DNA of 64,000 nucleotides from a virus (Duplodnaviria; Heunggongvirae; Uroviricota; Caudoviricetes), in IMG/VR virus record IMGVR_UViG_3300028666_000028, positions 20,868 to 84,867 of that record, one strand, 5' to 3'. The position numbers were made by a program, and so were the translations under genes. The first letter of the stretch is position 1. Each line of letters starts with the position of its first letter. Of this stretch, positions 26,969 to 36,938 are shown piece by piece. Under the pieces are notes generated by a model, which ran no database searches, was not told the DNA's origin, and was given only the letters and a program-made list of their open reading frames with translations.

Positions 26969-28855
26969 GTGCCCATAAATCCCTTGGCCGGTGGATCTGA
27001 TAGTACTGATGATCAGATAAACGAACAAAATAAGAACCAGATTTCAGGGGCAACTACTGGAGTTTCAACTGGCACTCCTTCATCTGCTGGTGGTGTAAGT
27101 TCTGCTGGAACACCTGCAGCATCTCAAGAACAAAGATCTTCTGGATCTTTTACTAATTTAAATCAATATGTAAATGCTAATGCTGATCAAGCACAAGGAT
27201 TAGGTCAAAAATTAGGTCAAGGTGTTCAACAAAGTGCTAATCAGGGTTTATCACAGTTAAATCAAGCTCAGCAACAATTTAATACTCAAGAACAAGCAGC
27301 TGGTGCAAATCCTAATGATTATACCGCTCAAAAGGTTTCTGATTTCGGTAATTCTATTATAAATAATCCTAATAATGTTGCTCAGTCAGATATAGATGCA
27401 TTCAAACAAACACAAGCCCAAAATGCTGCATTTCAAGCAGGGACAGATACTGCTCCTAAACAGTTATCAGATCTATCAGGATATCAAAATGCTAAAAGTT
27501 CATTAGACACTGCAGCTCAAAATGCACAATTAACTGGAACTGAATCCGGTAGAAATCAATTACTTCGTCAAACATTTCAAAATCCTAACTATTCTCAAGG
27601 ACAAACATCTTTAGATCAACTATTAACTCAAAATGTTCCTCAAAATAGATCTACATTAGAAAATCTTAGAACTAATCTACTAGGTCAATATGGATTAGCT
27701 AATCAAGAAAATCAAGCTATTCAAAATGCAGCTGGTGAAAGACAAAATGTTATTCAAGGAACTCAACAAGCTGCTAATAATATTCAAACTGGACTTTATG
27801 GTCCACAAACTGATGCAAATGGTAATCCTGTTACACAGCAGTCAGGGATATTGAGTGGATATTTACAACAATTATCAGCTCAGCCAACTAATATAACAAA
27901 TCTTCAACAGCAACAATATACTCAAGCTCAAAATACTGTTGCCGATGCGATAAATAAAGCAGGATTAACTGGATTAATAGGCCAAGGTAATATTAATTCA
28001 ATGATACAACAATATTTATCAGAACAAACACCAGCAACTAATATTAATCTTCAAAATACATTAACTGCACCTGAAATACAATCATTGCAACAAATTGCTC
28101 AATTGCAAGGAGATACGAATGGTAATATTACAGTTGGTAATCAAAGTATTAATCCTAATCAATTAACTCCAGGATCAGTTAATACTGCTCCTACTTTAAA
28201 TGCTCAAGGATTAACCGGAGCTATTCAACAAAATTTAAATTCATATGCGAATACAATTACAACACAAGTAAGTAATGGATTAAATAATACAGTAAGTACA
28301 TATGGACAAAATTTACCGCTTAATCAAGCTGCACAATATGCGGTTGGAAGAGTTAATGCTAAAATGATGAATCCTGCTCAAGATGCTAAAGAAAATCAAG
28401 CAGTTGGAGATCAACTTCAAAAACAAATACAAAATGTTAATTCATTAAGACAACAATCAGGCTTTTCACCTTTAGATTTATCTTCTATATCATCTAATGC
28501 ATCTCAAATATACTCTCAAATGATTCAACAAATTGGACCACAAGCAGTTGCATATGGCCACTATGAAGCCGGTGGATTATCAAATCCACAAAATAATTGG
28601 TATAATAGTCCTTGGGCAACTAATGCTAGAGCTGCAATATTAGCTGCCGCACAAGTTCAAGCAAAACAACAGTTTTTAAATCAAATTAAACAAAATCCAT
28701 TACAAGGTGTTGATTCTGGTCAAATTACTAATCCTAACTATATATCTGGTTTAATTAATCAACAAAATCAAGCTTCTAATGCAGAAGTTAATAATGGACC
28801 AGCTCCTGTTACTATAGATCCAGGTACTGGTGTAAAACATAATGTATCTAGTTAA
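26969..28855 (+). CDS. Gln/Asn-rich low-complexity protein (628 aa), putative internal virion or ejection protein
   Basis: GTG start with an AAAGAGG ribosome binding site. Extreme Q/N/T/A composition. Lies between tail and lysis genes, like podovirus internal core proteins. Confidence 0.45.
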   Translation: MPINPLAGGSDSTDDQINEQNKNQISGATTGVSTGTPSSAGGVSSAGTPAASQEQRSSGSFTNLNQYVNANADQAQGLGQKLGQGVQQSANQGLSQLNQAQQQFNTQEQAAGANPNDYTAQKVSDFGNSIINNPNNVAQSDIDAFKQTQAQNAAFQAGTDTAPKQLSDLSGYQNAKSSLDTAAQNAQLTGTESGRNQLLRQTFQNPNYSQGQTSLDQLLTQNVPQNRSTLENLRTNLLGQYGLANQENQAIQNAAGERQNVIQGTQQAANNIQTGLYGPQTDANGNPVTQQSGILSGYLQQLSAQPTNITNLQQQQYTQAQNTVADAINKAGLTGLIGQGNINSMIQQYLSEQTPATNINLQNTLTAPEIQSLQQIAQLQGDTNGNITVGNQSINPNQLTPGSVNTAPTLNAQGLTGAIQQNLNSYANTITTQVSNGLNNTVSTYGQNLPLNQAAQYAVGRVNAKMMNPAQDAKENQAVGDQLQKQIQNVNSLRQQSGFSPLDLSSISSNASQIYSQMIQQIGPQAVAYGHYEAGGLSNPQNNWYNSPWATNARAAILAAAQVQAKQQFLNQIKQNPLQGVDSGQITNPNYISGLINQQNQASNAEVNNGPAPVTIDPGTGVKHNVSS

Positions 28856-28861
28856 TGAAGG

Positions 28862-28871
28862 CTAATAAGTA
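28862..28871 (+). promoter_or_regulatory. CTAATAAGTA variant motif copy
   Basis: One-mismatch variant upstream of 28878. Confidence 0.3.
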
Positions 28872-28877
28872 CTATAT

Positions 28878-29276
28878 ATGGAAATTATCATTAAAAAGTT
28901 CGATAAATCTCAATATACTATGATTAAATCATGGTGGGATTTTTATAAGGAACAAGCTCCAGAGCTCATAATGATGCCCGAAACTAGTTATATAATGAGC
29001 GTTGATAGTAAGCCAATTTTATGTGTAAGTTTATTCTTAACTAATGGACCCCTTGCCTGGATAGACAATTATGTTGGAAATCCTGAATTAAAGGGTTCTA
29101 TGCGTAAAGAATGCGGACATATACTTTTGACTTATTTAGAAGATACTGCAAAAGATGCAGGTAAAGATCGGATGTTTTGTATGAGTATCAATCAAAAAAC
29201 TACTAAACGTTATATTGAATTAGGGTTTACTAAAACCTGTGAAAATATAACTACTTTCATTAAGGAGATACAATAA
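28878..29276 (+). CDS. Small protein (132 aa), possible GNAT-like fold
   Basis: The C-terminal ...KRYIELGFTKT resembles a GNAT C-terminal motif. Weak. Confidence 0.3.
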   Translation: MEIIIKKFDKSQYTMIKSWWDFYKEQAPELIMMPETSYIMSVDSKPILCVSLFLTNGPLAWIDNYVGNPELKGSMRKECGHILLTYLEDTAKDAGKDRMFCMSINQKTTKRYIELGFTKTCENITTFIKEIQ

Positions 29277-30322
29277 TGCCCCCAGCAGTCGCAGCAGGTG
29301 CAGCTTTAGTAGGAAGTGCAGCAGGTTCTGTAGTATCAGGTATGGCAGGAGCTAATGCACAAGAAGATGCAGCTAATCAAGCAGCAGGATTTGCACAACA
29401 AGGTGCTAATCAATATTCTAATATTGATATACCCACAATACAACAACAGCAAGTTCAATTGCAACAAATTGCTAATGCAGGACAATTAACTCCTGCACAA
29501 GAACAAACCTTTCAACAAAATCAATCTGTTCTTAATGCTTATCAACAAAACCCTGATGCTACTACAGCTCAAATGCAAGCTCTACAAAGTTTACAAAAGT
29601 TAGGTCAAAATAATGGTCTAACAGCTATGGATAAAGCACAGTTAAATCAGATCCAAAATCAAGTTAATAATCAAGAACAAAGTAATAGAAATGCTCTAGT
29701 TCAAAATTATGCTCAACGTGGTCTTGCTGGTTCTGGTGTTCAAATGGCAGCTCAATTAGCTGGCAATGAAGCTGCTACACAATCCGCAGCTAATCAAGGA
29801 TTCAATGTCGCAGCTCAAGCTCAACAAAGAGCCTTACAAGCTATTCAAGGTGCAGGACAACTTGGTCAAAGTATTGAAGGTCAACAATTTGGTGAAGCTG
29901 CTCAAAAAGCTCAAGCTCAAAATGCTATAAACAATTTTAATACAGCTAATGCTCAAAATATAGCTGGCCAAAATGTTCAAAGAACTAATTACGCAAATCA
30001 ATATAATCTTCAAAATCAACAACAACTTAATGCTGCTAATACTGGCTTAGCTAATCAGCAACAAGTTTATAATCAAGGATTATATCAACAACAATTTGGT
30101 AATCAAATGGCACAAGCCGGTGGCGTTTCTAATGCACTTAATAAACAAGCTCAAGCTGCTGAACAACAAGGTAATGCTCAAGCTGGTTTATATAATGGTA
30201 TTGGACAAGCTGTTGCTAAAGTTGGAACTGGTATAGCTAATTATGCAGCTGGAACTGGTAGCAATCCTATTAAAACTCCAACTGGTACACCTGCTGATGA
30301 TCAAGGTAATACAGTTACTTAA
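29276..30322 (+). CDS. Gln/Ala/Asn-rich low-complexity protein (348 aa), putative internal virion protein
   Basis: ATG overlaps the upstream stop (TAATG). Composition-biased, with QQ and NQ runs. Confidence 0.45.
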   Translation: MPPAVAAGAALVGSAAGSVVSGMAGANAQEDAANQAAGFAQQGANQYSNIDIPTIQQQQVQLQQIANAGQLTPAQEQTFQQNQSVLNAYQQNPDATTAQMQALQSLQKLGQNNGLTAMDKAQLNQIQNQVNNQEQSNRNALVQNYAQRGLAGSGVQMAAQLAGNEAATQSAANQGFNVAAQAQQRALQAIQGAGQLGQSIEGQQFGEAAQKAQAQNAINNFNTANAQNIAGQNVQRTNYANQYNLQNQQQLNAANTGLANQQQVYNQGLYQQQFGNQMAQAGGVSNALNKQAQAAEQQGNAQAGLYNGIGQAVAKVGTGIANYAAGTGSNPIKTPTGTPADDQGNTVT

Positions 30323-30331
30323 GGAAAATTT

Positions 30332-31846
30332 ATGGCAGATATGACTCCAGATGAATTTGAACAAAAGCTTCAAGAGTTAGGATTTTCTAGTACTCCTTCT
30401 CAACCAAACGCATCGACTTCAGAAGATCAAGATAATCTGCAATCGGTTCCTTCTGAACAACAACAAGCTGCATTAACTTCGCCAGAAGGTGGATCAGAGC
30501 CTATTGCTTCTTTTGATCCTAATGCTAAGGCTTCGCCAGAACAATTATTTTCTTCACAACCTCCTTCTGCACCTACTCCAAGTCAACCTTCAGAAAGTGC
30601 ACCACAAGCTGCTCCAAAGAATCCAGCTCCTGCACCTTCGCCATTAACACCTCCTTCTAGTCCTACTCCAAGTCCAGCACAACCTACGTTAGGTTCTGGA
30701 CCAGGATCAAATCCATTACAAGATCCATCTGTTAATGATCAAGCATTACAAGCAGCTCAAAAACAAGGAGCTCTTAGATCTTTATTTGGTAATATTGGTG
30801 AAGGTTTAGGTACATTTTCTGCATTAGCTTCTGGTCAAAAGTTTGATCCTGAATTTTATAAACAGATTCAAGCACAAGCTAATCAACCTGTTCAAAATCT
30901 TCAAGAACGTAGAGATGCAATGGTTAAAAGCCTACAAACTGCATCTATGATGACAGATTTAGCTATTAAAAATATGAATGCGCAAGAACAAGCGCAATTG
31001 AATGATCCTAATAGTCAACAATCAAAAGGACTTAAAAGTTTAATTCAACATTATGAACCATGGCTTGCTAAAGATCCATCTTGGAATGCAATGAGCGGTT
31101 CTGATGCTATGAATGCTACTAAGTATCTTGAGACTGAAGCTAAGATTCAAGCTAGTCAAGCTCAACGTGATTTATCTAATTCATATAAAACACAAGCTCA
31201 ACAAACTAAAAAAGATCAATATAATCAAGGTCAACAAGATAAAATTAGTAAAGAAGTTAATCTTTTAAGTCAAAGTTCAAGGAATGTATTAGGATCTGCA
31301 GGACGTTCATTAGTAAATGCTGATAGAGCTTTAGATACTCTTAATCAACCAGTTATTACTAATCAACAACTTAATAATATATCAGCTGATGTAGCTGCTA
31401 TTTATAATAATGGTCAAGCAACTGTTAGTGGAACACAACATAACCAATATAATACTCTTTATAGTAAAGCTCAAGGATTACTACAACAAGTTACTGGACA
31501 ACCTGAAGATGCAGTTCCAGATGGAATTAAACAACAACTTAAAGATACATTGATGCAAATGAGAAATATTTCTAGCGGTGTTGCACAAAAAAATCTGGCA
31601 TTTGTAAAAGCTTCTCATCCTGATTTTGTTAGAAATAATCCTAACTATTTTGATGACTTAGCTAAAGGTCTTTCTAATGAAACTTCACAGAGTACTGGAA
31701 GTCCTACTTCACCAGCTGCTGCAGCTTCTGCCCCTGGTGCATCTAATCAATCATTTTCACCTGATGTTGTACAATATGCACAACAACATGGAATTACCCC
31801 TGCTCAAGCTTTAAGTATTAAACAACAAAGAACTGGAAATCAATAA
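30332..31846 (+). CDS. Pro/Ser/Gln-rich protein (504 aa), putative internal virion protein
   Basis: N-terminal PS-rich linker (PSAPTPSQPSESAPQAAPKNPAPAPSP), then a Q-rich helical region. Confidence 0.45.
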   Translation: MADMTPDEFEQKLQELGFSSTPSQPNASTSEDQDNLQSVPSEQQQAALTSPEGGSEPIASFDPNAKASPEQLFSSQPPSAPTPSQPSESAPQAAPKNPAPAPSPLTPPSSPTPSPAQPTLGSGPGSNPLQDPSVNDQALQAAQKQGALRSLFGNIGEGLGTFSALASGQKFDPEFYKQIQAQANQPVQNLQERRDAMVKSLQTASMMTDLAIKNMNAQEQAQLNDPNSQQSKGLKSLIQHYEPWLAKDPSWNAMSGSDAMNATKYLETEAKIQASQAQRDLSNSYKTQAQQTKKDQYNQGQQDKISKEVNLLSQSSRNVLGSAGRSLVNADRALDTLNQPVITNQQLNNISADVAAIYNNGQATVSGTQHNQYNTLYSKAQGLLQQVTGQPEDAVPDGIKQQLKDTLMQMRNISSGVAQKNLAFVKASHPDFVRNNPNYFDDLAKGLSNETSQSTGSPTSPAAAASAPGASNQSFSPDVVQYAQQHGITPAQALSIKQQRTGNQ

Positions 31847-34800
31847 TGGCTTGGAATGATACACCGCCAACAGATGCAGAATTAAAGCAATCTGCCCCTG
31901 CTGCCAATTCAGATTGGTCTTCAGCTCCTCCTACTGCACAAGAATTGCAAGGACAAAGTGCTAATGATCCTGTATCTTCATTGATGAAATCAGGATATAG
32001 TTCTACTGCATTTAATGCACTAACTCCAGAACAGCAAAAACAATATGAAGCTTTAAGTCAAAAAGAAGCAAGTCAAAATTCAGCCGGTATCGGTAGAGGA
32101 ATTGAACAAGGTGCTGGATTACCATTTAGACTTGCTGCTCAAGCAACTGGAAGTCCTAATCTTAATCCATCTGCATTATCTTCTAGTTTTGAAAAGAATG
32201 TTGTAGCTCCAGTTGGAGATCTACTAACTGGCAATGATACTAGTGAAGTTTATAATAATTTAACTCCTGAACAAATGCAAAATACTTATAACCAACAAAT
32301 ACAGGGAGCTGCTGAAAAGTCTCCTGGTGGATTCATGCTTGGTAATATAGCTGGAACTGCTCCAACTTATGCATTAGGTGGTGGAGTTGTTGGAGCTGGA
32401 TCTCAAGCAGCTGGACAAGCTGCAAATCTTGGTAAATTAGGTCAAGCTGCTTTAAATATAGGTTCACAATCTGCTGGAACTGCAGCTCTTGCTGGTGGTC
32501 AAGGTTATACTGAAAATCCATATGCAACTGAAGCTCAAAAAATGCAATCTGCTAAAACTGGAGCAATGTTTGGTGGACTATTAGGTGGAGCAGGTGCGGC
32601 AGTAGCTGAAGCACCAGGAGTAATATCTTCATTAGGACAAAATACTTCTAACAAACTATTAGCTAATGCTGCATTAGGTGCAGAAGGTGTTAATACTGCA
32701 ACACAAGCTGGTAGAGAAGCAATCACTCAACAAGGTGAATCATTAGCTTCTAAAGTTGCTCAAGGTGTAACTGATCTAAATAATACTATAGGCGAAGAAT
32801 CAGCTAAACAAATTCAAGATGTATTTGGCTCTGCTGCTAAAGATGCTCAAATGTCTGTTGAAGATGTTGTTAATAAAGTTACGAATAACTTAAACAACAT
32901 TGCACAAACTTCTGGTCAAGCTGCTACTGATACTATTAATGAAAGTTTTGCCGATGCTTTAAAGCAAACTGGTGAACAACTTAATTTAACTGGTGGCAAG
33001 TTAACTGATTTTATTAAAGATGGACTTAAGAAATATGGTCCAGTTATAAAGCAAGAAATTGCTAATGCATCTGCTCAAGGTAAAACTATACCAATGGATG
33101 AAAACTTCCTTAGAACTTTCTTAGCTATTAAGAATGCTAAAGTATCTCTTAGTGAAGCATCTAATGTGCAAGATAAACTCTGGAAAAACTGGGCTGATAC
33201 TCTTTATGATACTACTGAAAATACTGTAAAACAAAGTACTAGTACTATTGGCGAACCTAATGCAATCGGTGGACCATTTACTAAAACTAATACTGTTGTT
33301 CAAGGTAAAGGTCAACCTCCTTCTGCACTTCCAAATCCAGCAGAACAACCAAACTTACTTAAACAAGCTCAACCTCCTGCACAACCAGCAGCTCCTCAAG
33401 CTGCGCCAACTGAACCCGGTGTAAATGCTCCATTAGTTGAGCAAAATATTAAAAGTGCACAAAGTCAAGCTGGTAATCTTGGTGGAGAACCAACTAGTGG
33501 TCAATCTATTACACAAGTAAATAAAACATATACTCCTAAGACTGAAATTCCTATTGCAGAAGCTAAACAAATGTCTAATGCATTAGGTAATGCAGCTGGT
33601 AATCCTAATTTAGAAGAAGTTCAACCGTTAGCTGCTGATTTAGCAAGTCAATTAAGAAAGAGTATTAAAAGTACTTATAGTACAGCAGGTCAAGCTGCAA
33701 ATGATGCATATTCTAATTTGAAATCAGCACTAGAAGAAATGGGCGTATCTAAGATTGATGCAGAATCAGTTACTGGTGATAATATAACTCCAGATGGAAT
33801 AACTGCTTTCATTAAGAAAGCTGCTCAATTATCTGATCAAGGTGATACTGCAACTCTTGAGAGAGTATATAATCATTTAAATGAAGTTGATCCTACATTT
33901 GCTGCAGGATTTAAACAAGAAGTAGATGCAGTAAGTAATCAAACTTCGGCCATTAGAAAAGCTCAAAATGCTTCTGTTCAAACTAAAGCTGATGTTCTTC
34001 AACAACAAGGATTAGCTAGTCCACAAGTTGGCAAAGCTCAACAAACTTTACAAAATATTGGTCAAGTTCAAAAAGACGTAGGAAGTAACTTTCCTCAAAT
34101 TAGAAAATTTGTTAATGATCTTAATCCATCAGATATTGGATCACAAGCTGATCTACAAAGAACTCTACAAAGTTTAGATCAAATTGATCCTGAATCTGCT
34201 GCTATATTAAGAGATAAAGCAACTCAATCTGCTGTTTCAAGAAATAATGCATTAAGTGATGTTGCAGGTAAATCTCCATTAGAAAAAGCTCAAGTTTTAA
34301 AACAATACACTGATTCAGCTAATCCTGCTAGTCAAGCTGCTGCAAAATTAGAAGATCTTAGTATGGTAAATAAAAACATTGGAGCTAAGACAGATCTTGG
34401 AATGCCTTCTGATACTACTAGAAACTTTATTAAGAATTATGGTATAACTGCAGATACTCCAAGTGGATCAGCAACTAGAAGTGATATAGAAGCTATAACA
34501 CAAAAATTAGCAGGATTAGATCCTACTTTAGCTGCGGCAGTAGAAACTGAAGCACCAGTAATTGGTAGACAACTTAGAGCTATTGATTATGGTCAAGCTG
34601 GTTCCCCATTTGGATCACCTATGAGTAAAGCATTAGGTGGAGCTGGAGCAATGGCTTATAAAGGTGCTAATGTAGCTGGACAATTATCTAGAGTAGCAAG
34701 TGCTACTGCAGAAGCTGCTACACCATTAGCTGCTGCAGGTATGGGCGGAGTAAATGCAAGAGGTCTTGCAAATTCTCCTCAAACTAAACAAAACGCAGGT

Positions 34801-35028
34801 GCTAATACATATACTCCTCCATTTGCTGCACATAGTTTAGATAAATTATCTCAATTAGTTCAATCAAATCCACAGGTTCTAGGTAAATATGCTGGACCAT
34901 TACAAGATGCAGCACAAAGAGGAAGTTCTTCATTAGCTGCCACTAATTTTGCATTATATCAGAATGATCCAGATTACAGAGCTATTATTGATCCGTTACA
35001 GGCTCAAGGTGAAAAGATATATAAATAA
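31846..35028 (+). CDS. Large (1060 aa) Gln/Ala/Gly-rich protein with a Gly-zipper-like hydrophobic segment, putative ejection or channel-forming internal protein
   Basis: ATG overlaps the upstream stop. Residues around 165-260, GGFMLGNIAGTAPTYALGGGVVGAGSQAAGQAANLG...GAMFGGLLGGAGAAVAEAPGV, are glycine-zipper-like hydrophobic stretches. The rest is Q/A-rich helical. Confidence 0.5.
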   Translation: MAWNDTPPTDAELKQSAPAANSDWSSAPPTAQELQGQSANDPVSSLMKSGYSSTAFNALTPEQQKQYEALSQKEASQNSAGIGRGIEQGAGLPFRLAAQATGSPNLNPSALSSSFEKNVVAPVGDLLTGNDTSEVYNNLTPEQMQNTYNQQIQGAAEKSPGGFMLGNIAGTAPTYALGGGVVGAGSQAAGQAANLGKLGQAALNIGSQSAGTAALAGGQGYTENPYATEAQKMQSAKTGAMFGGLLGGAGAAVAEAPGVISSLGQNTSNKLLANAALGAEGVNTATQAGREAITQQGESLASKVAQGVTDLNNTIGEESAKQIQDVFGSAAKDAQMSVEDVVNKVTNNLNNIAQTSGQAATDTINESFADALKQTGEQLNLTGGKLTDFIKDGLKKYGPVIKQEIANASAQGKTIPMDENFLRTFLAIKNAKVSLSEASNVQDKLWKNWADTLYDTTENTVKQSTSTIGEPNAIGGPFTKTNTVVQGKGQPPSALPNPAEQPNLLKQAQPPAQPAAPQAAPTEPGVNAPLVEQNIKSAQSQAGNLGGEPTSGQSITQVNKTYTPKTEIPIAEAKQMSNALGNAAGNPNLEEVQPLAADLASQLRKSIKSTYSTAGQAANDAYSNLKSALEEMGVSKIDAESVTGDNITPDGITAFIKKAAQLSDQGDTATLERVYNHLNEVDPTFAAGFKQEVDAVSNQTSAIRKAQNASVQTKADVLQQQGLASPQVGKAQQTLQNIGQVQKDVGSNFPQIRKFVNDLNPSDIGSQADLQRTLQSLDQIDPESAAILRDKATQSAVSRNNALSDVAGKSPLEKAQVLKQYTDSANPASQAAAKLEDLSMVNKNIGAKTDLGMPSDTTRNFIKNYGITADTPSGSATRSDIEAITQKLAGLDPTLAAAVETEAPVIGRQLRAIDYGQAGSPFGSPMSKALGGAGAMAYKGANVAGQLSRVASATAEAATPLAAAGMGGVNARGLANSPQTKQNAGANTYTPPFAAHSLDKLSQLVQSNPQVLGKYAGPLQDAAQRGSSSLAATNFALYQNDPDYRAIIDPLQAQGEKIYK

Positions 35029-35033
35029 TGAGA

Positions 35034-35043
35034 CTAATAAGTA
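35034..35043 (+). promoter_or_regulatory. CTAATAAGTA variant motif copy
   Basis: One-mismatch variant after the stop of the 1060-aa gene. Confidence 0.3.
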
Positions 35044-35202
35044 TATTAAGGACTATATTTAATGCGTTATTCAAAAGGAAAAACCAAAAGATTAGATATC
35101 TACCGAAACAAAGGGAGCGTAAAGATCTTGCTAAGATTATACAAATTTCGAGAGTTTCTCGAAAATAAGAAAATAATCTACAAGATAGCTTTTTAATATT
35201 TT

Positions 35203-35511
35203 ATGAGTGATTCAATAGATACTTTATTTATAGCTACACTAAAAGAACTAAAAGATGACATTCGTCAACTTGATAGTAAATTTGATGAAATGCATCAAAT
35301 GTTAGCAAAAAATACAGTAGTATTGGATGAACATGAAAGACGTTCTACTGCTAGTGAACAACGTTTAACTTTGTTAGAAGATAAATATACTCAATCAGAA
35401 AAAAAGATGGAAAGAGTAAAAGGATTTTTTATATATAGCGGACTTATAGTTACTGCTATTGGTGCAATTCTTGCTATAATTCATAATTTAATACCTTTAC
35501 TTAATAAATAA
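35203..35511 (+). CDS. Small membrane protein (102 aa): N-terminal coiled coil plus a C-terminal transmembrane segment. Candidate holin or lysis accessory
   Basis: FFIYSGLIVTAIGAILAIIHNLIPLL is a C-terminal transmembrane segment. It is the first gene of the lysis-proximal region. Confidence 0.35.
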   Translation: MSDSIDTLFIATLKELKDDIRQLDSKFDEMHQMLAKNTVVLDEHERRSTASEQRLTLLEDKYTQSEKKMERVKGFFIYSGLIVTAIGAILAIIHNLIPLLNK

Positions 35512-35595
35512 TATGGCTAAAACTTGTACTAAATGTCAAAATATTAAATCATTAGATTCATTTTATAATGATAATATTAGAAAGAGTAATAAATT

Positions 35596-35928
35596 ATGCT
35601 AATGTTATCTATTCCTTGTACTTATGAAAATAAGACATTAACTGTAAAAGCATTAGGACTTAAAGCTAAAGGTGATAGTGCAGAACAGGCTCTTTTAGAA
35701 TGTATTAAAAGTACTCCTTTATATATTCCTTTAATGTTAGCTAAATACAAAACATTTACTGATCACAATGGAAGAAACTTTGAACAATTTGAAGTTCCAT
35801 TTGATAATTCTATACTTAAGAAGATAAATGAAACTGAACCTTATCCTGAAGAAAAATCTATTAAGTCTAAAAAGAAAACTGCTTTAACTGATGTAGATCC
35901 AGAAGAGGTTTTAATGTATGGATACTAA
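35596..35928 (+). CDS. Hypothetical protein (110 aa)
   Basis: ORF with no recognisable motif. Overlaps the next gene by 11 nt. Confidence 0.4.
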   Translation: MLMLSIPCTYENKTLTVKALGLKAKGDSAEQALLECIKSTPLYIPLMLAKYKTFTDHNGRNFEQFEVPFDNSILKKINETEPYPEEKSIKSKKKTALTDVDPEEVLMYGY

Positions 35929-36787
35929 AAAACTAAAGAAGAAATTGAATAAAAAGCTTCATTCTTTAAGTAAAATATTACATTCATGTAAAGATCATTT
36001 ATATGATCAAGCTTTTTATGCTAAACAGCTTTTTAATACTCTAAAACAATCACTTATGACTACATTTGCAGTTCTTTCATTAGGTCTATTTGTAGTATTA
36101 TGCTCAGTTGCTTCTAATGCTATGCATTTAGATTATATTGAATCTAAAGTTGGTAGTCAAGTATTAATGATTAGAAATCCAGAGGGTGCTTCTATCAGAG
36201 GAAGCGGTACTGGATTTGAAATTAAAGCTCCATCTGGTAAAGTTTATACTATGACTAATGGTCATGTATGTGAACTTGGAAAAGATGGCATTGTTATGGT
36301 AGCTGATGCTCCTAGTTCAGATAGATTTATACCTCGTAGAATATTAGAAGTATATGAAAAAGATGATCTTTGTCTTGTAGAAGGTCTGGAAGGCTATAAA
36401 GGTCTATCGATAGCTAGTAGTGTAGATCTTCAAGAAACAGTATTATCAGTAGGTTATCCGCTTAGACAGGGTATGAACATAGCTCAAGGTATGACCAAAC
36501 AATATGGTTTAATTACAATTGGTCTAGAAGAAATACTTCCAGATGATTGTCATGGACATAGACGTGAATTTATGCAAATAAACTTCTTAGGCATACCAAT
36601 GAATATTTGTATTATTAAACAACCATCTTTAGAAACTAATGTATTAACCTATCCAGGTAATAGTGGATCTCCACTAGTTAATATATACGGTAATGTAGTT
36701 GGAGTTATATTTGCCGCTAGTGAAGAAACCAACTGGGGCGAAGCTGTACCTTTAAAATATATAAATGACTTTTTGAAACCTTACTAA
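35918..36787 (+). CDS. Trypsin/chymotrypsin-like (S1) serine protease with an N-terminal signal or anchor segment (289 aa)
   Basis: Catalytic triad context: TNGHVC (His), DDLCLV (Asp) and GNSGSPLV (Ser). The hydrophobic N-terminus (MTTFAVLSLGLFVVLCSVASNA) predicts export. Confidence 0.7.
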   Translation: MDTKKLKKKLNKKLHSLSKILHSCKDHLYDQAFYAKQLFNTLKQSLMTTFAVLSLGLFVVLCSVASNAMHLDYIESKVGSQVLMIRNPEGASIRGSGTGFEIKAPSGKVYTMTNGHVCELGKDGIVMVADAPSSDRFIPRRILEVYEKDDLCLVEGLEGYKGLSIASSVDLQETVLSVGYPLRQGMNIAQGMTKQYGLITIGLEEILPDDCHGHRREFMQINFLGIPMNICIIKQPSLETNVLTYPGNSGSPLVNIYGNVVGVIFAASEETNWGEAVPLKYINDFLKPY

Positions 36788-36788
36788 T

Positions 36789-36938
36789 ATGAAGATAATA
36801 AGTGTATTATATAGACTTTCTGTTTTATCAATGCTTGGATTTCTATGTTATAAGGTCTATTTGATAGATCTAATAAGCTTAGATACTCATCAAGGATTGG
36901 TAACTTTATTTCAACTACTTTTAGGAGGTAGACAATAA
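36789..36938 (+). CDS. Small hydrophobic peptide (49 aa, 1 transmembrane segment)
   Basis: TAATATG-coupled start. Transmembrane segment LSVLSMLGFLCYKVYLIDLI. Ends with a TAATG overlap into the next gene, which has a strong AGGAGG ribosome binding site. Confidence 0.3.
   Translation: MKIISVLYRLSVLSMLGFLCYKVYLIDLISLDTHQGLVTLFQLLLGGRQ

Noticed and set aside
35147-35163. 7-bp hairpin (TTCGAGA-gtt-TCTCGAA) inside the small ORF 35061..35167, after the 1060-aa gene.
   Set aside because: Short AT-rich stem with no U-tract, and it is embedded in a possible 44-aa ORF. Too weak to call a terminator.
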